Positions 1 to 12,447 of a stretch of 64,000 nt of DNA are shown here, in pieces. Position numbers and translations under genes: made by a program. The stretch comes from Macrostomum lignano (lineage: Eukaryota): contig NIVC01001197.1 of assembly GCA_002269645.1 (NCBI GenBank), forward strand, positions 62,001 to 126,000, read 5' to 3'. Each line of letters starts with the position of its first letter. Position 1 is the first letter of the stretch. The notes below the pieces were generated by a model. The model worked only from the letters and a program-made list of their open reading frames with translations. It ran no database searches and was not told where the DNA came from.

Positions 1-1283
1 GTGCTCGACCGGCAGTTCATCAACGCCATCGCCCTCGGATCGACGCCACAAGGTCTCAGCTTCGAGTCAATCAAGCAGGCGGCCAGGCTCGACGGTGTCA
101 CTCAGGCAGCCATCTCGGCACTTCAGACCAACCAGTGGACCAGCAACGACCATGAGCTCCGTGCGCTTGCCTGCATCCGGCAAGAACTGTCGGCCCACGA
201 CGGCGTTCTGCTTCGCGGTTCTTCGATCATCGTGCCAGCGAGTCTTCGGCGAGTAGTACTCCAGCTGGCGCACAAAGGCAATCAGTGCTGGCGGAAAACT
301 CTAGACCGGCTTCAAACGAAGGTGTGGTGGCCAGGCATGAGGATCGACTGCCAGGTCTTCGTGCAAAGCTGCCTCGCCTGCCAAGCAACGTCGCCTAAAA
401 CGACCAATCCGCCACCTCTTCAGCCCTCGCAGCTCCCCGACGGAGCCTGGCTCGTCCTCGGCATGGACTTCTACGGTCCGGTGCAGGACAAAATGCTGCT
501 AGTGACAACAGATCTTTACTCAAAGTTTCCAGAGATCAACATCGTCAGTTCGACCTCCGCAGAGGCTGTGCTGCCACACCTGAAAACTCTCTTCAGCAGG
601 TACGGCATCCCACAAGAAATCATCAGCGACAACGGCCCACCCTTCAACTCTGCAGAGTTCCACAACTTTCTCGCTGAGCACAGCGTCAAGCACCGCCGCA
701 TCTGCCCGCTGTACCCGGAGGCCAACGGAGCGACCGAGCGCGTCAACCGATGCGTCAACAAGGTCGTCAGGGCGGCCATCGCCGAAGGCCGCAGCTGGCG
801 CAGTGCCCTAGACGACTGGCTCCTTGCATACCGCGTCACTCCTCATTCGGCAACCGGAGTCGCGCCGGCCGAATTGCTAATGGGCCGGACCTTCAACGAC
901 ACCGTCCCGTCGGCGCGCCCCTCGCAGCCCGTGTACCATCATCGCACACAGCTGACCCAGCGACACTCGGCCTACACCAGAGCGATGGCCAGGGACTTCA
1001 ACCGTTCCCGGAGGGCCAAGGCCTGCAGCATGAGGCGGAATCAGCGAACAAAGACTCAGAAACCCTTCGAGGTCGAGCCCTGGACCGTCGTGGACAGGCG
1101 AGGTGACTCCTACGTGCTGTAACAGGGCGACCGCACCTGCACTCGACACCTGACGCACATCCGCCCGCTAGTGGCGGCAGAGGGCGCTGCGGCGAACGCG
1201 GAACCGACGCCTCCAGATTGCGGCATTGCCTAGCGGCCGCATCCCCGCGCGGCCAAAGACAAGCCAATCAGCTACAAGGATTG
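1..1283 (+). mobile_element. Ty3/Gypsy LTR retrotransposon pol 3' end (integrase zinc finger and core), degenerate
   Basis: ORF 1-1122 has a zinc-finger region (LAHKGNQ...CLACQ), core motifs LGMDFYGP and ISDNGPPFNS, and ANGATERVN. The frame appears to continue past a premature TAA (1120-1122) as QGDRTCTRHLTHIRP, and a downstream segment reads KDKPISYKD* (stop at about 1283). Family assignment is from recognised motifs, not a database search. Confidence 0.92.
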
Positions 1284-1380
1284 ATTTGGGGTTGGGGCTG
1301 ATTAAGGACTGGAACTATTGTACGAGTACTTCGATGACTGTCATTCGAGCTTTTATCCTCTCTTTGTTTCTTTCTGCTTT

Positions 1381-1499
1381 GGGAGAAGTGTTATTGCCAC
1401 CTAGTTGAATTAGCCTAGCAGGGCGGTGCCTGTTCCTAGCGCTCTCTCTCTCTCTCTCTCGCCCGCTCTGTCCTAATCAATAGCATCAATAGCGTAGCA
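1381..1499 (+). repeat. Putative polypurine tract and short 3' LTR of the Gypsy element
   Basis: GGGAGAAG (1381-1388) is directly followed by TGTTATT; the candidate CA end is at about 1499. The 5' LTR is outside the window, so the end cannot be confirmed. Confidence 0.4.
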
Positions 1500-1692
1500 A
1501 TGTACATGTTCATGAATGTACGCATCGTTCACTGTAGCCTAACAAATTTTTATGTATTGGGCCCACGGCCATATGGGGCCTTAAGCCTTTCGTTTCGCGC
1601 TCACACTGCCGCCTTCACTATCGCAGTCTTTACAAGGACCACTTTCTAAAAATATACGTGTACATACAACGATTGGAACTGTCTGCTTTCAG

Positions 1693-4600
1693 GTGTAAAT
1701 AATACGTGCGGCACGATCAGCTATGCATATTTATCGAACGTGACAGGAGTAATCGAGAGCCACAAGGGCTACAAAGCCATAACCGAATCAGAGCCGCGTA
1801 TTATGTCAATATACGCGCCCAATTTAACCTGTCTGTGGATACTGCCCAAACGCCTTGGGTTCTACATACATCTCTTTATTAAAACCTACTACCTTGCCAT
1901 GGGAGACTGCATTAAAATTGCAACAAAGCACTCTTCAAATACCAGCGAGCCTGGCAGTGATAGAGATTTGCAGTATTGCAGTAACTATTACGGATATCAC
2001 GTTCATTGGGTGACAACAGGAGACGCGCATATTTTATTTACAACTGACAATATTTATGAATCAATGGGATTTGCTATTAATTTTTACTACGAGCAAGGTT
2101 TGGTTAATTTCTCAAATTGAAGTCTATCGATAAAAAACCCAAGAAGAAACTTTTGTTCGTTTTTTTTATCATGAACATCATTTTAGCTTGTCCAAGCGTT
2201 CAGAAATGGGACTTCGACAACGGTGAAGTAGTTAGTCACACCAACGCTGGACAAACGCACTACTTAAACTCTTTAACGTGCAATTGGCAAATTTCTGTGT
2301 CGCCAGGGAAACAAATAATCGCTTGGTTTACTAGCGTCAGAATCAGTAATGGGCACGACATCGTCACATTATACGATGGTCTCAACGGTTCAACATCATT
2401 GATCACCCAATACTCGTATAATCTGTCACCAGGCTTCAGATACCAGTCCAACACAAGCAGCATGAGGTTGAGGTTCACAACAGGTACCACTGGGCATGAC
2501 TATGGCTTTCGAATGCGATACAGCATTGCTGAGAACTGTAAGTGAGAGTTCATTAGAGGACATCCATTATAGAAATAAAAAAATCAATCTTTCCCTCGGT
2601 TTCTAGTTTGCAACGGTTGGAAGATTCTGAGTGCCAGCCAAGGCGAGTTTTTCGACCACAATGACTCATCATCACCTAAATATCTGAAAGGTATGAGATG
2701 CTACTGGAGAATTATCGCGCCCATGGGATACAGAGTAGTGGCTCAGTTTAAATCATTCAGCCTCTACTACAAGGACTATGTCGCAATATATGATGGACTT
2801 CACCCAAACCGCTCACTGACAATCGCAAGTTACAACGGAAGCTTTAAATTTCAGTCTGTCAGTTCAAGAATTTTTGTTTCAAAGTCAAATGCGATGCTTG
2901 TATATTTTGGATCGAATACGGATCCAAACTTTCCAACAGACTCTGGCTTCGGGATGAAGTACAACACAACCGAAAAATGTGAGCAAATATTTTCGTTGTG
3001 ACTTAATTCGATTACGATTCGTTTTTGATTACCAAGAGCAGTCTAATCCCCAAAAAACTAATGCGTCTTAAGTTTTGGCTCAAAAAACGAAGTATAGATC
3101 TGTTAAAATTGTAAGCCGTGTTGCAATGCCAAACGATGGATACATGTACATGCACGCTTATACTGTTAAACTATTGATATAGGAATTTCAAATTCTTGGA
3201 AAGGGTTCGCTTCGCATCTTGCAGCAGCATTTTTTCTTTTAATTTACCAACAGTCTGTCAAGGCACGGAGCTCCTGACCAACGACACTGGAGAGCTGGCC
3301 AGCCATTCGTCTGCAGGCATTATGGGCTTCTTGGTCAGCTCGAACTGCTACTGGGTGATCAAAGTCTCTCCGTCAAAGCGATTGGTGGCTCACTTTACCT
3401 TTTTTAACCTTACTTCCCGCAATGAAAGCGTCACTCTGTATGACGGAGCCAATGGGTCATCTGTTCTAGCCACCCTATCGAGCAACTTCTCGGACACAAC
3501 GCGGGATTTCATAACGACAGAAAACGTCTTGACCGTGCATCTACACATTCCAGAGAGTAGCTATCGATCACTCGGAATCAAAATAAAATACGAAGCTGCT
3601 GATAACTGTGAGTATTTGTTTTACTATATTGGGTCTGCTAAAATATGTCTATTTAAACTTACATTAATGCTTTGCTACATGCTGATTAAGTTTTACTAAT
3701 TTCTTCATGTTTATTTTCTCTGTAATAGTAAGGAAGTGCTACGACGCATCATTCCTAAACAACGTTCTAAAAAATCCGCAGTGCCAGCAACAACCAGTTC
3801 AGAGCAGCCGTCTCGACCTACCACAGCACGCGCTGTTTTCAGCAGTCCAAATTCGCCATCAACTGCAAAAGTTATACCAGAAACAAGCTCTGCTCCTGAG
3901 TCGGCTACAACTGGTGGAAAACTATCCCAAACAGGTAGGAAATTCATTTCAAACAATATTTTGTTGATGTTCTCTGTAATATTGTAAGTGTTACGACGTT
4001 ACATGTATGCTCGTGTTAAATATAACTTACTTAAAACTAATGTTCTTAAAATTTCGCAGAACCGGCAACAACTAGTTCAAAGCAGACGACGCCAACTACA
4101 ACACGGGCTGTTGTCAGCAGCCCAAGTTTGCAAACAACTTCAAAAATGATACCAGAAACAAGTTCTGCTCCGGAGTCGGCAACAACTGAAAAACTGTCAC
4201 AAACGGGTAGGAGATTCATTTCAAGCAAACTTGGCTAATTATATCAAAAGAGGAAGGCGAAAATCAACATTTATAGCGACGCGTTTCGCACGTAACTGTG
4301 CATCTTCAGGCTAGGTATATTTTGAGCAAAAAAACGAGTGAGAACGGCAATAAATACAGAATTTTGGGGTTATAAATTCAATCAATATTTTATATTTATT
4401 ATTTAAAGTACATGTTTGTCCAAAAGTCGAGAGGCGAAGTCCAGGGACGGAATGGTAGTCGAAATAGTTAGAAGTATAATAGGCCTAATGTACAGCCAGT
4501 GCCCCCGGCCTTCCCTCATTTTCAGAAATATTGATTGAATTTATAACCCCAAAATTCTGTATTTATTGCCGTTCTCACTCGTTTTTTGCTCAAAATATAC

Positions 4601-5467
4601 CTAGCCTGAAGATGCACAGTTTCGTGCGAAACGCGTCGCTATAAATGTTGATTTTCGCCTTCCTATTTATCGTACTTGCCAAGCAAGCAACTTTACCAAT
4701 ATAAAAAGATTTAAACGTTTGCGTGCATAGTGTAGTAAACATTAAATTATTGAAACAATAAAACACTAAAATATATTTGATGAGTGCTATTTTCTAATAG
4801 CGCAGCTAGTAAATTTCTTTACAAAATGACACAAATCGACTCATCCATGGTTTTTTCAGAAGCCAAAGAATCTTTTCCGACTTATGTTCTCGTCTTAGCA
4901 ATCGCTGTTCCCTTGGCTGCAGTTGCAATTAATGCTGCAATTGTTGGAATTGTCATCCACAAGGTTTTATTTGCGAATTTTGAAGTAATGTTCTTTAATT
5001 TCATTTAATTAATTTAATATTTACACCATTTGAAAATATTTCAATCATTCTAGTATCTTCAGAATCTGAAGCGACTCAAAACTCCAACTTATTCTAATAC
5101 CGAGGTCTGAAATTCACGATTTTGCTGTCATGCACTCTCACACTTGCAAATGATGCTACGAGTATTTAAATTTCAATTACGTTTCTAACAAATATTTCAG
5201 GTTAGAGACGGTTCATATGCACCTGAGACAACGTCAGCTGGAGATGTAACTATCATATTTCCCGCAATATTTTACCTATAAGTAGTTTTGACTAAGTCGA
5301 CAACAGCTCCCTAAAAACTGAAATTATTATTCTTTCAGAATGAAAACGACTATTCAGTAGCCGACAAATTATACAACACTACACAGAGGAATCTCGGCGA
5401 GGACGACTACTACGACTCTATTGGCACGTTGTCGCAAGGAGACCCACAGCTCAGCACATTTAAATAA
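1693..5467 (+). CDS. CUB-repeat/mucin-stalk/TM receptor, paralog P1 (3' portion; 5' exons lie upstream of the window)
   Basis: Hand-spliced GT-AG exons. CUB: 1693-2097, 2187-2537, 2607-2978, 3254-3607 (all phase 1-1). S/T-rich: 3782-3934, 4060-4206. TM: 4860-4963 (VLVLAIAVPLAAVAINAAIVGIVIHK). Tail: 5054-5104, 5201-5245, 5339-5467 (ends DDYYDSIGTLSQGDPQLSTFK*). The frame is open throughout and colinear with P2. Confidence 0.9.
4274..4313 (-). ncRNA. Minimal type I hammerhead ribozyme motif (antisense copy)
   Basis: The minus strand reads TAGC-CTGAAGA-T-GCAC-AGTTAC-GTGC-GAAAC-GC-GTC-GCTA: CUGANGA core, 4-bp stem II, GAAA, palindromic minimal stem III, GUC cleavage triplet and a TAGC/GCTA stem I. 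Confidence 0.75.
4602..4641 (+). ncRNA. Minimal type I hammerhead ribozyme motif (sense copy, in P1 pre-mRNA)
   Basis: TAGC-CTGAAGA-T-GCAC-AGTTTC-GTGC-GAAAC-GC-GTC-GCTA; predicted cleavage after 4637. Confidence 0.75.
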
Positions 5468-6979
5468 TATGAGATGCGAAGGCAGGGCTAGAGGTTGTTT
5501 GCGTCGACTGTTTAGACAAAAAAACACTGGGCACGTTTTCAACTTTTACTTATAATAGCCAGTAAATATTTCATAGGCTCGTACAAGTACACGAAAATAC
5601 ACAAGCTACTCCAACCCAGGTTTGCAAGCATTATGGTGCTTTAAAACTGAAAGTAGTATATTTTTATATTAAGTATATAAAGTATTTATAAGTATATATA
5701 AGTATATTTTTATCTGTTTGCTCGATGGAAATAAGGATTATTATAAAGGTCAGCTCCCGGTCTCAGACGTCACTTGTTAAGCTATCATTGTTTTATTCCT
5801 TCTTATGTGTTCTTACATCCTCCTCCATGAGTCATCCCACCTTATTATAACAGTTTGTAACAATTTCATAGAAATTATAAGGCTATCATGCAGCTTTAAG
5901 TCGTCAAGTTTGCAAGAAATTTTTGTATTTACTCTAGCTATTATAGATTCTGTATAACTCTCTCATTCATTTTTTTCCATTTTCAGACTTTTTAACTTGA
6001 GTAGAAACATTGTTTTAATCAATTTTTCCTGTTATCGCATTCTCCTCCCACACTTTCTTAACAGTTCGTAACATATTTCATTAAAATTTTTAAGTCATTG
6101 CCCAGACACAATGAATTGTCAGGTTTGAAATATAATTTTTTATTCTCTGTATATTCAATTCTGTGTAAATTCCTGCATGAAATTACTATCCAAGGTTTTG
6201 ATATTCAATTTTTTTATCTTTGTCGCAGTTTTCAAGACTTTCTCTCATGAAGTTGCTTCAAATGTTTTGAAACTTTGATGTTCCCTTTATTAAAATTGTC
6301 CCGCGAAATTTCACAACCACTGACTAGTAATAAGTATAGAGAAACAAATTGTTTCCTGCTAATTTTATTCTCGTTTGCTGTGCTTTTTAATAATTATTTC
6401 TTCCTATTTATTTCGTTATTCGTTTGAGTGTTCTAATTAAAGTGGAAATTACAAGAACATTAATAATATTTACTCCAAAGATACGGAAATTTCCCGTTTA
6501 ACATAACAAAGAAAGAAAGCATGAAAAGGAGAAGTGTCTTTTTGGAAACAGTAGCTAAACAATGTCTTCTGCAGTATGGTTTGCCTATTTAGAATGGATA
6601 CTTTCATACGACATAAATTTCATAACACCTAAAATCACCATACTTCACAACGCCTTATTTTCATCCAAAATGTGAAGGAGCTTCCAGAGATTTTAAATGT
6701 TGTAAAATTTAGGCGATATGAAATTTAGGCGATATGAAATTTAGGCGATGTGAAGTCATTTGCTTTGGCGTTGTGAAATTTAGGTCTTGTGAAGCGCCTC
6801 CGTTTAAAAGAACAATCTATAGAAAGGAGACTTGATATACCGGAGGGTTAGAGAGTAATTGTGAGGGTTAATTGTTCATCTTGTTTGCGCGGTCCAACAC
6901 CCCATACGGCATCGCAGGCTGTAATGGACTTTTAGAGGTATACCGGTAGAAGATTAGTCAATAAAATAGTACTTTTCTA

Positions 6980-9330
6980 TTATTATTTTTATTATTATTA
7001 CTAAACAGCTGAGTCCAGCCTAGCTGCAGATTGAGGGGTAAGACCATGAGCCTGTACGAGCCTGTCGTAAATCTGAGAGAAAAGTGTCAGTCAGAGTTGT
7101 GCAGCGAGCTTGGCCCCGGCGGAGCCTTCCACAGGCCGGGCTGAGCAGCAGGTCGGCGAGCGGGGGCCTGGTGTCCCATGCGTGAGCGCAGGTGCTGTGG
7201 CCGATAAACATCTGGTGTCGCCTCTGCAGGGTGCGGCCCAAAGGCGGCTTGCGGGTCCAGGTCACCAGCTCTGCGTTGCTCAGGCGCTTAGGGAACCGGA
7301 TGCAATGGGCATTGCGCAGGAGGTGGTGATGACAGGCCTTCAAGCTCGCATCACGATTGGCAGTTATGAGAGCAGCTTCCAGCCCGTATGTCAGCACCGT
7401 CTCAACTACCGAGCGGAATAGGGCAACCTTCAAACTGTCGGTGGCAAGCCGGCAGTTGAAATTGGAGCAAAAAAGGTAGAAGGTCCACCACTCCAGCTGC
7501 GGTTCTTAACAATGGCATCCGGGTCAGTGACCAGGACGCCCAGATGCTTGAACTGGTTGCTCGGGGCGTTGGTGTGGCCGTCAGGTAGAAAAAACAGTGA
7601 AAAGGGGTTGGAAAATGCCAACATGCAGCATTCCTGTCTTGCCGTAGTTGATGTAGAGAACCACGCGCTTCCCCTCGTCAGCCAGCCGACTCAACGCCCT
7701 CTGCGCAGCTTCAGGCTGCAGCAGGTCAGCGCCAAGTCGGCGGCGTAGGCGAGGCAGGTCAGCTTGACACAGGGAAAGCGGGAGCTGCGGCGAGGCACCA
7801 CTTCATATAGCCGTCTTTGTCGTGCAGAGCCAGCTGCATGACGTACTGATGTGTGGCTGCAAACAGCCACGTATTAGTTTATGGGTAAACGCTTGGCTTA
7901 CAGGCCCTCAATTGATAAAATGCGTACGAGCGGCAAGATAGATAGGAACAAGCGCGAAACGATTGACGAGCTCTTGCTTTATTTCAACAAATATACGAGT
8001 AACGAACCAACGATTTGAACACGACTCCCAAACACATCACGTACATGTAGTCGATCCAGATGACCAATACAAATGAGAATAAGACGTCGTCTTGCAAGAC
8101 CCTGGAGGTGGTGGCAAATTCAGCGCTGTAGGGCTGTGGTCAGTCTAGACAAAAGCCTTGGGCGAGTTGTTAAGGTCCATGATTGCTTTGACCAGCAGCT
8201 GAGGAACTCCGTGTTGCTGGAGTAGCCAGAAAATGGCCACCCGGCTGGCTGACGGAGTCAAAAGTTTTGCAGAAATCTACAAAGACAACTGGCATCACCT
8301 TTAGGCTCGCTTCGCAGGTGTCAATGACGCAGAGGATCGCAGTCACTTATTCTGCTGTTGACAGTCCAGGTCGAAAGCCGCTCTGGGTGTTGAGAAGCCT
8401 CTGGTTGATGATGGGTTGAATTCGAATAGTGGTAAGGAATTTGTCCAGAGTGCACTCCACGGCGATGCCACACAAGCTGTCAATGCCGCTGGAGTCGCTC
8501 TTAGGGACGGCCACGATTTTACTCGTAGAAGTTCTCCAAGGCTCTGTGGCACTAGCAGTTGAGTCCCCACCCAGGCAGCAAGAGTGGTTGAGGATTCCGG
8601 TGGTGACAGGTACAATAGCAGCTCGGGGCGTCTTCAGGACACGCGGTGAGATGTCATCGATTCACGTTGCTGCATCAGTCTGCATGGTCCTTTGGGCTTT
8701 GGAGACTTCATCGACGGAGATCGGAGCGCAATTGAACAGATGGAGAGTCGGCAAGCGTGCAAAGGGCATTGCTGCGAGCGGGGGCATTGAGCACAAGATA
8801 GAAGTGGCCCGCAATCGTACGAAATGCTGGATGGAATCAATGTTGTTAATGATAGCATTATGTGTGGCTCGTCGTCATGTGAGGCGGTTGATTGTGCGCA
8901 GCATGACGGCAGTTGTCAGTAGCAGCCTCATGGATCTTCGTCACAGCTTCTTGGGTAAACAGCTCAGCAGCTTGGATGTGGGCAATTCGCAGCGCTTCAG
9001 CCGCGGTGCAAGAAAGCATTGCTAGCAGTGTCATGCTGTACAACTGCGGCTTGCATTTCTTGCGGGGCTCTGATGACGTCCGGATGAGAGTTCCAGAGTG
9101 CACCCGATTGCTATATAGTTGCCTCCTGGGAGCGCAGCTGTAGAGGAAGCGACTGCTGCAGAGAAGCTGTCGTCGTAGCTGCTGTCAAGGCGGAGAACGG
9201 AGTCCTTGAGTTACTGCAGGAATTTGATTTGATTTTAGAGATGTTATTTGCACCCTAGCAGGGCAGGGGACTGGCCGGCTTCCCGAAGCGATGCCAGCGT
9301 AGCTCCAGTCTGCGGCAGGAGAGTGTGGCT
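6980..9330 (-). mobile_element. Degenerate RTE-like non-LTR retrotransposon (RT remnants, TAA-repeat tail)
   Basis: Minus-strand RT motifs FVDFCKTFDSVS (about 8250-8290), FATTSRVLQDDV (about 8090-8125), LTCLAYAADL (about 7730-7765) and KVALFRSVVETVLTYGLEA (7020-7433 ORF). A (TAT)n tract at about 6980-7000 marks the 3' tail. Many stops and frameshifts; about 7810-8080 looks like an unrelated interruption. The 5' boundary is approximate. Confidence 0.75.
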
Positions 9331-9379
9331 GGATGGGATGTATTTCAGAGTGATGTTACGAGAACTGCTCTATCCGGCT

Positions 9380-9930
9380 CGTTCGAGCATGTGAGGACAT
9401 GGCGATCGCCTTTTGCAACAAGGCAAATATCAAAGCTCTAAAGCCGACTCCAACTCAGATTTACCAGTTCATCAACTTTCTCATGCATCATTGTCTGTCG
9501 CGACAGTCGAGTCTGCAGGCATTCATCAGCTCCAATGACTTGGGACTCGTGCACTTGGCTATTCGACGTGCGCAGCGTTTGCTGCGTGGCTGCAGCATCT
9601 GCTGTTTGCAAGGGCCCGAGTCATTTGCTGCGACTTTCTGCTGCTGCTGTGAGACCGGCCTTGGAGCTTCCCTGTGGAGCTCATCTTAGCCGGCTGCTGG
9701 GCGATGCTACTGGGGGCCAATCTTTGCGCTGTCAGCCAGGCGAACCTTAACAGGGCGATGCTGTCAACGATCGTCGCCTAGGTTTAAAGTAGCCCGGATT
9801 TGCGTTCGACTGTCCAAGACGAATCAATTCGGTGAGCGCCGTCATGCTGTTAATCTGTCCTGCATCCGCAAGAGTGCGGCTGCTCCGCTGTGTCCACTTT
9901 GTGCGCTCCAACATAATTTCAGCCGGAACT
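9380..9930 (+). mobile_element. DIRS/Ngaro-type tyrosine recombinase fragment (decayed), copy 1
   Basis: AIAFCNKANIKALKPTPTQIYQFINFL..., LWSSSxAGCWAML..., KTNQFGERR... These resemble DIRS/Ngaro YR motifs. Homologous to 31560-32130. Confidence 0.6.
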
Positions 9931-9938
9931 GACTAGAC

Positions 9939-10171
9939 CAGGGGTCGGAAACTTTTTTCTCCTAATGGCTAGATAGAGAAGGAGATTATTAAAAGAAGAA
10001 AGCTTTCAGATTTCAGACTAAACTTGAGCCGACTGGATTGCAATTAATTTAGTTAAGTTTTAATTAGGTTTTATTTTAATTTATTTTAATTAAGCTTTCA
10101 TGGACCCGAGGCCCGGATGCAGAGGTTTCTCGGGCCACATGCGGCCCGCGGGCCGGAGTTGGCCGACCCCT
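9939..10171. mobile_element. hAT (Charlie/MER5-like) MITE
   Basis: Ends CAGGGGTCGGAAACT and AGTTGGCCGACCCCT with subterminal GGCCCGCGGGCC. No intact target-site duplication found. Confidence 0.55.
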
Positions 10172-10949
10172 ACGCCTGCACTAAAGACATACCCCTCCTA
10201 CATGGCCCCTGTTTTCCACCCTGCAGTCAGGGGAAATTGATGAGCGCAACTGCAGCTTGTAGCCAGTGTGAATTGTCTTTGCTCTCCCCACCAGACTGGC
10301 CTTCCGAGAAACCACCTTTCAATACACAACCTGTGCTGAGGCGGTGCCAGCTACGCCAGGCGTGCGGGAATCGCGAGCGAGGACATCAAAGACATTGGCG
10401 TTTGGAAGAGCAATGCGATTCATTTCTACGAGGGCCAGCAGCCGCAGGTAACGCAGCTGTGCTGTTTTTCGCATCGGGGCAGCGGTGCAGGCAGCGGATT
10501 GACTGATTGCTTGTCTGCGATCTTTTACGAGTAGTTTTAGCTCCTTGCTTTCTTTTAGTCCTGGATTTTACTGTCCTCTCCCCCCGTTTTGTGTTTGGAA
10601 TTTTTTTTCGTGCCTCCTCTAGTTTTGCGCTCTAAATATTGCTTGCTTTCTTAGTGTCTCTCTTTCCACCATGTTGGTCGGAACTCGTTATAACTTGTAA
10701 GGTCGCTTAAACTGCGGGGCGGGAGTAAGTTGGTTGGCTGAGGGTGGTGCTGTACATCTGACGTTGATGCGTTAGGGGGGGCGGGGGTGGTTGGGCTGGG
10801 AGAGCTGTCGAGCGTATGTGCTATAATTTAGCTTTTGCTCAGTTTTTTCTTTTGTAATTTTCGACCATTTAATTTTTGAAGCAAAAAATTACTCTGAAAT
10901 TTTTCGTTTCGCACAGACGATTTCTTTTGTACCACCTGGTTTAATTAAT

Positions 10950-12390
10950 AAGTTAGTACATCTTTAATGTCTGTGCTCTAAATTCTTAATTCAGCTATGA
11001 ATCTGTTTAAAATTACGGATTCTGCTTTAAACCGTTTTCCAAGTTCAAAAAGTTTAGCCTAGCAAAATCGCCTCATTTTCGTAGAGCAGAAGCGAATTAT
11101 ACTTTGTTTGCTTCTTGAGCTAACAAAGTATAGCTTGCTTTTTAAGTATAGTTTGCTTTTTGAGCTTCTATGTGAGCTCAAAATCGGCTAAAATACGAGA
11201 CCCCGATAGTGAACAAATGCCTTGAAACCACTTTGAAAAACAGCTCTTTCATCTCTTTCCTTCGACCCATTTGAAGATGCTTCGTTTAATTGTTTGTAAA
11301 TTTCTGTGTAAGCCTGGGTGAGAGTAGCTAAAAGCATTGGTGCACGCTATGAGAAGGCCTAGCATCCGTGTTTCTAATACTTTTTTTATATATTTGTTGA
11401 GTATAAAGCAAGCCTTCCTTGCAACTGCGTTGGTCGTAAGGGCATTTAAGATGGGGGTGAGGTGGTTGGCTTGGTTGGGATGTGGTGCGTGCGACGTTGG
11501 TGTGTTGGGGGGCGGGCGCTATTTAGTCCAGTCTCCGCTTGTGCTTAAATTTTTTTTCTGTCGTTTTTCTTCGACCATTCAATGCTTAGCAACAATAAGT
11601 TTTGAATCGCACAGGGGTTTTGTTTTCGCCCACCTCTGGTCTTGCGCTTTTCCTTTCCCGCGGTCAAAGTAGAATTGCACCGAGCTTTGATTATTAAGTC
11701 GATTATGGCCATCATGTCTGTACTGCATTTGATTTGTTTGCTGCTGTATGCCACATTTCGACCTTTATTTAAAAGGATGAGAAGCCACCATGTTTCATTC
11801 AATAAAATATGCAGCTTTCAGAGACGACTTTAAAGCCTGTCTGTTGGTGTCAAGTTATTAATTAACCATTTAAATTCTTTGCTCAAGCTATCAACAACTT
11901 TATGATGGTTGCACGACTGTACCTTTACACGTCTGTGCTCTTAATTGAGCTATGAACCTGTTTAGAATTACGGATTCTGCATCACAACTATATTGTAAAA
12001 CTTCATAAAGTTTAGCCTTGCAAAATGGTCTCAGTTTCGTAGAGCAAAAACGAATCATAGCCTCTTTGCTTCTTGAGCACTAGCTACTTGTGTTTGCGCT
12101 CTCAAAATGCTACAATACGAGACCCACTAGCTATAGTGAACAAACGCCTAGCTTGAGAACCCCATAAAAATATCTTTTCTTTCGACCAATTTAAAGATGC
12201 TTCATTTAATTGTTTGCTAATTCCTGTGTAAACCCTAAGTAAGCCTGGGTAAGAAAAAACGCATTGGTGCACGCTATGAAAAGGCCTAGCATCCGTGTTT
12301 CTAATATTTTTTTAGTATATAGCAAGCCTTGTTGTGAGAAAATCTCTCAGAAGCCAGTGCAGCAGAATTTTCTTCCGATTTCGAAAAAAC
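10950..12390 (+). promoter_or_regulatory. Duplicated CUB-gene upstream/promoter region (two tandem modules about 0.95 kb apart)
   Basis: Colinear with 33300-34860 upstream of P3 and partly with 17290-17760 upstream of P2. Shared blocks include TTACGGATTCTGC, GAGACCC...TAGTGAAC, GATGCTTC.TTTAATTGT and GCATTGGTGCACGC...CCTAGCATCCGTGTTTCTAATA, plus a TATA-like TAGTATATA (about 12315) versus TAGTATAAAA (about 34780). Promoter function is inferred from position. Confidence 0.6.
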
Positions 12391-12447
12391 AGGGCATTCA
12401 AGGCTTTAAATTAGTTGCTATCTGTAAGGCGCTCTATCGTGATCCTA

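Larger units (their letters stand above)
4229..4683. mobile_element. Foldback insertion (about 140-160 bp inverted arms) in a P1 intron, Penelope-pLTR-like or MITE
   Basis: 4251-4390 is the near-perfect reverse complement of 4526-4664. Outer ends are CTTGGC (4230) and GCCAAG (4683), flanked by the direct repeat CAAGCAA (4222-4228 and 4684-4690). Absent from the equivalent P2 intron (25410-25551). Confidence 0.85.

Noticed and set aside
5339-5467. Canonical ITAM or ITIM in the receptor tails
   Set aside because: Spacing and flanking residues do not match YxxL/I-x6-8-YxxL/I or I/V/L/SxYxxL/V; reported only as Tyr docking motifs.
6700-6800. Short tandem repeats (AAATTTAGGCGATATG x3; also 13600-13760 GAGCACTTGAACACGTGAGAA)
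   Set aside because: Ordinary small local duplications with no further structure.
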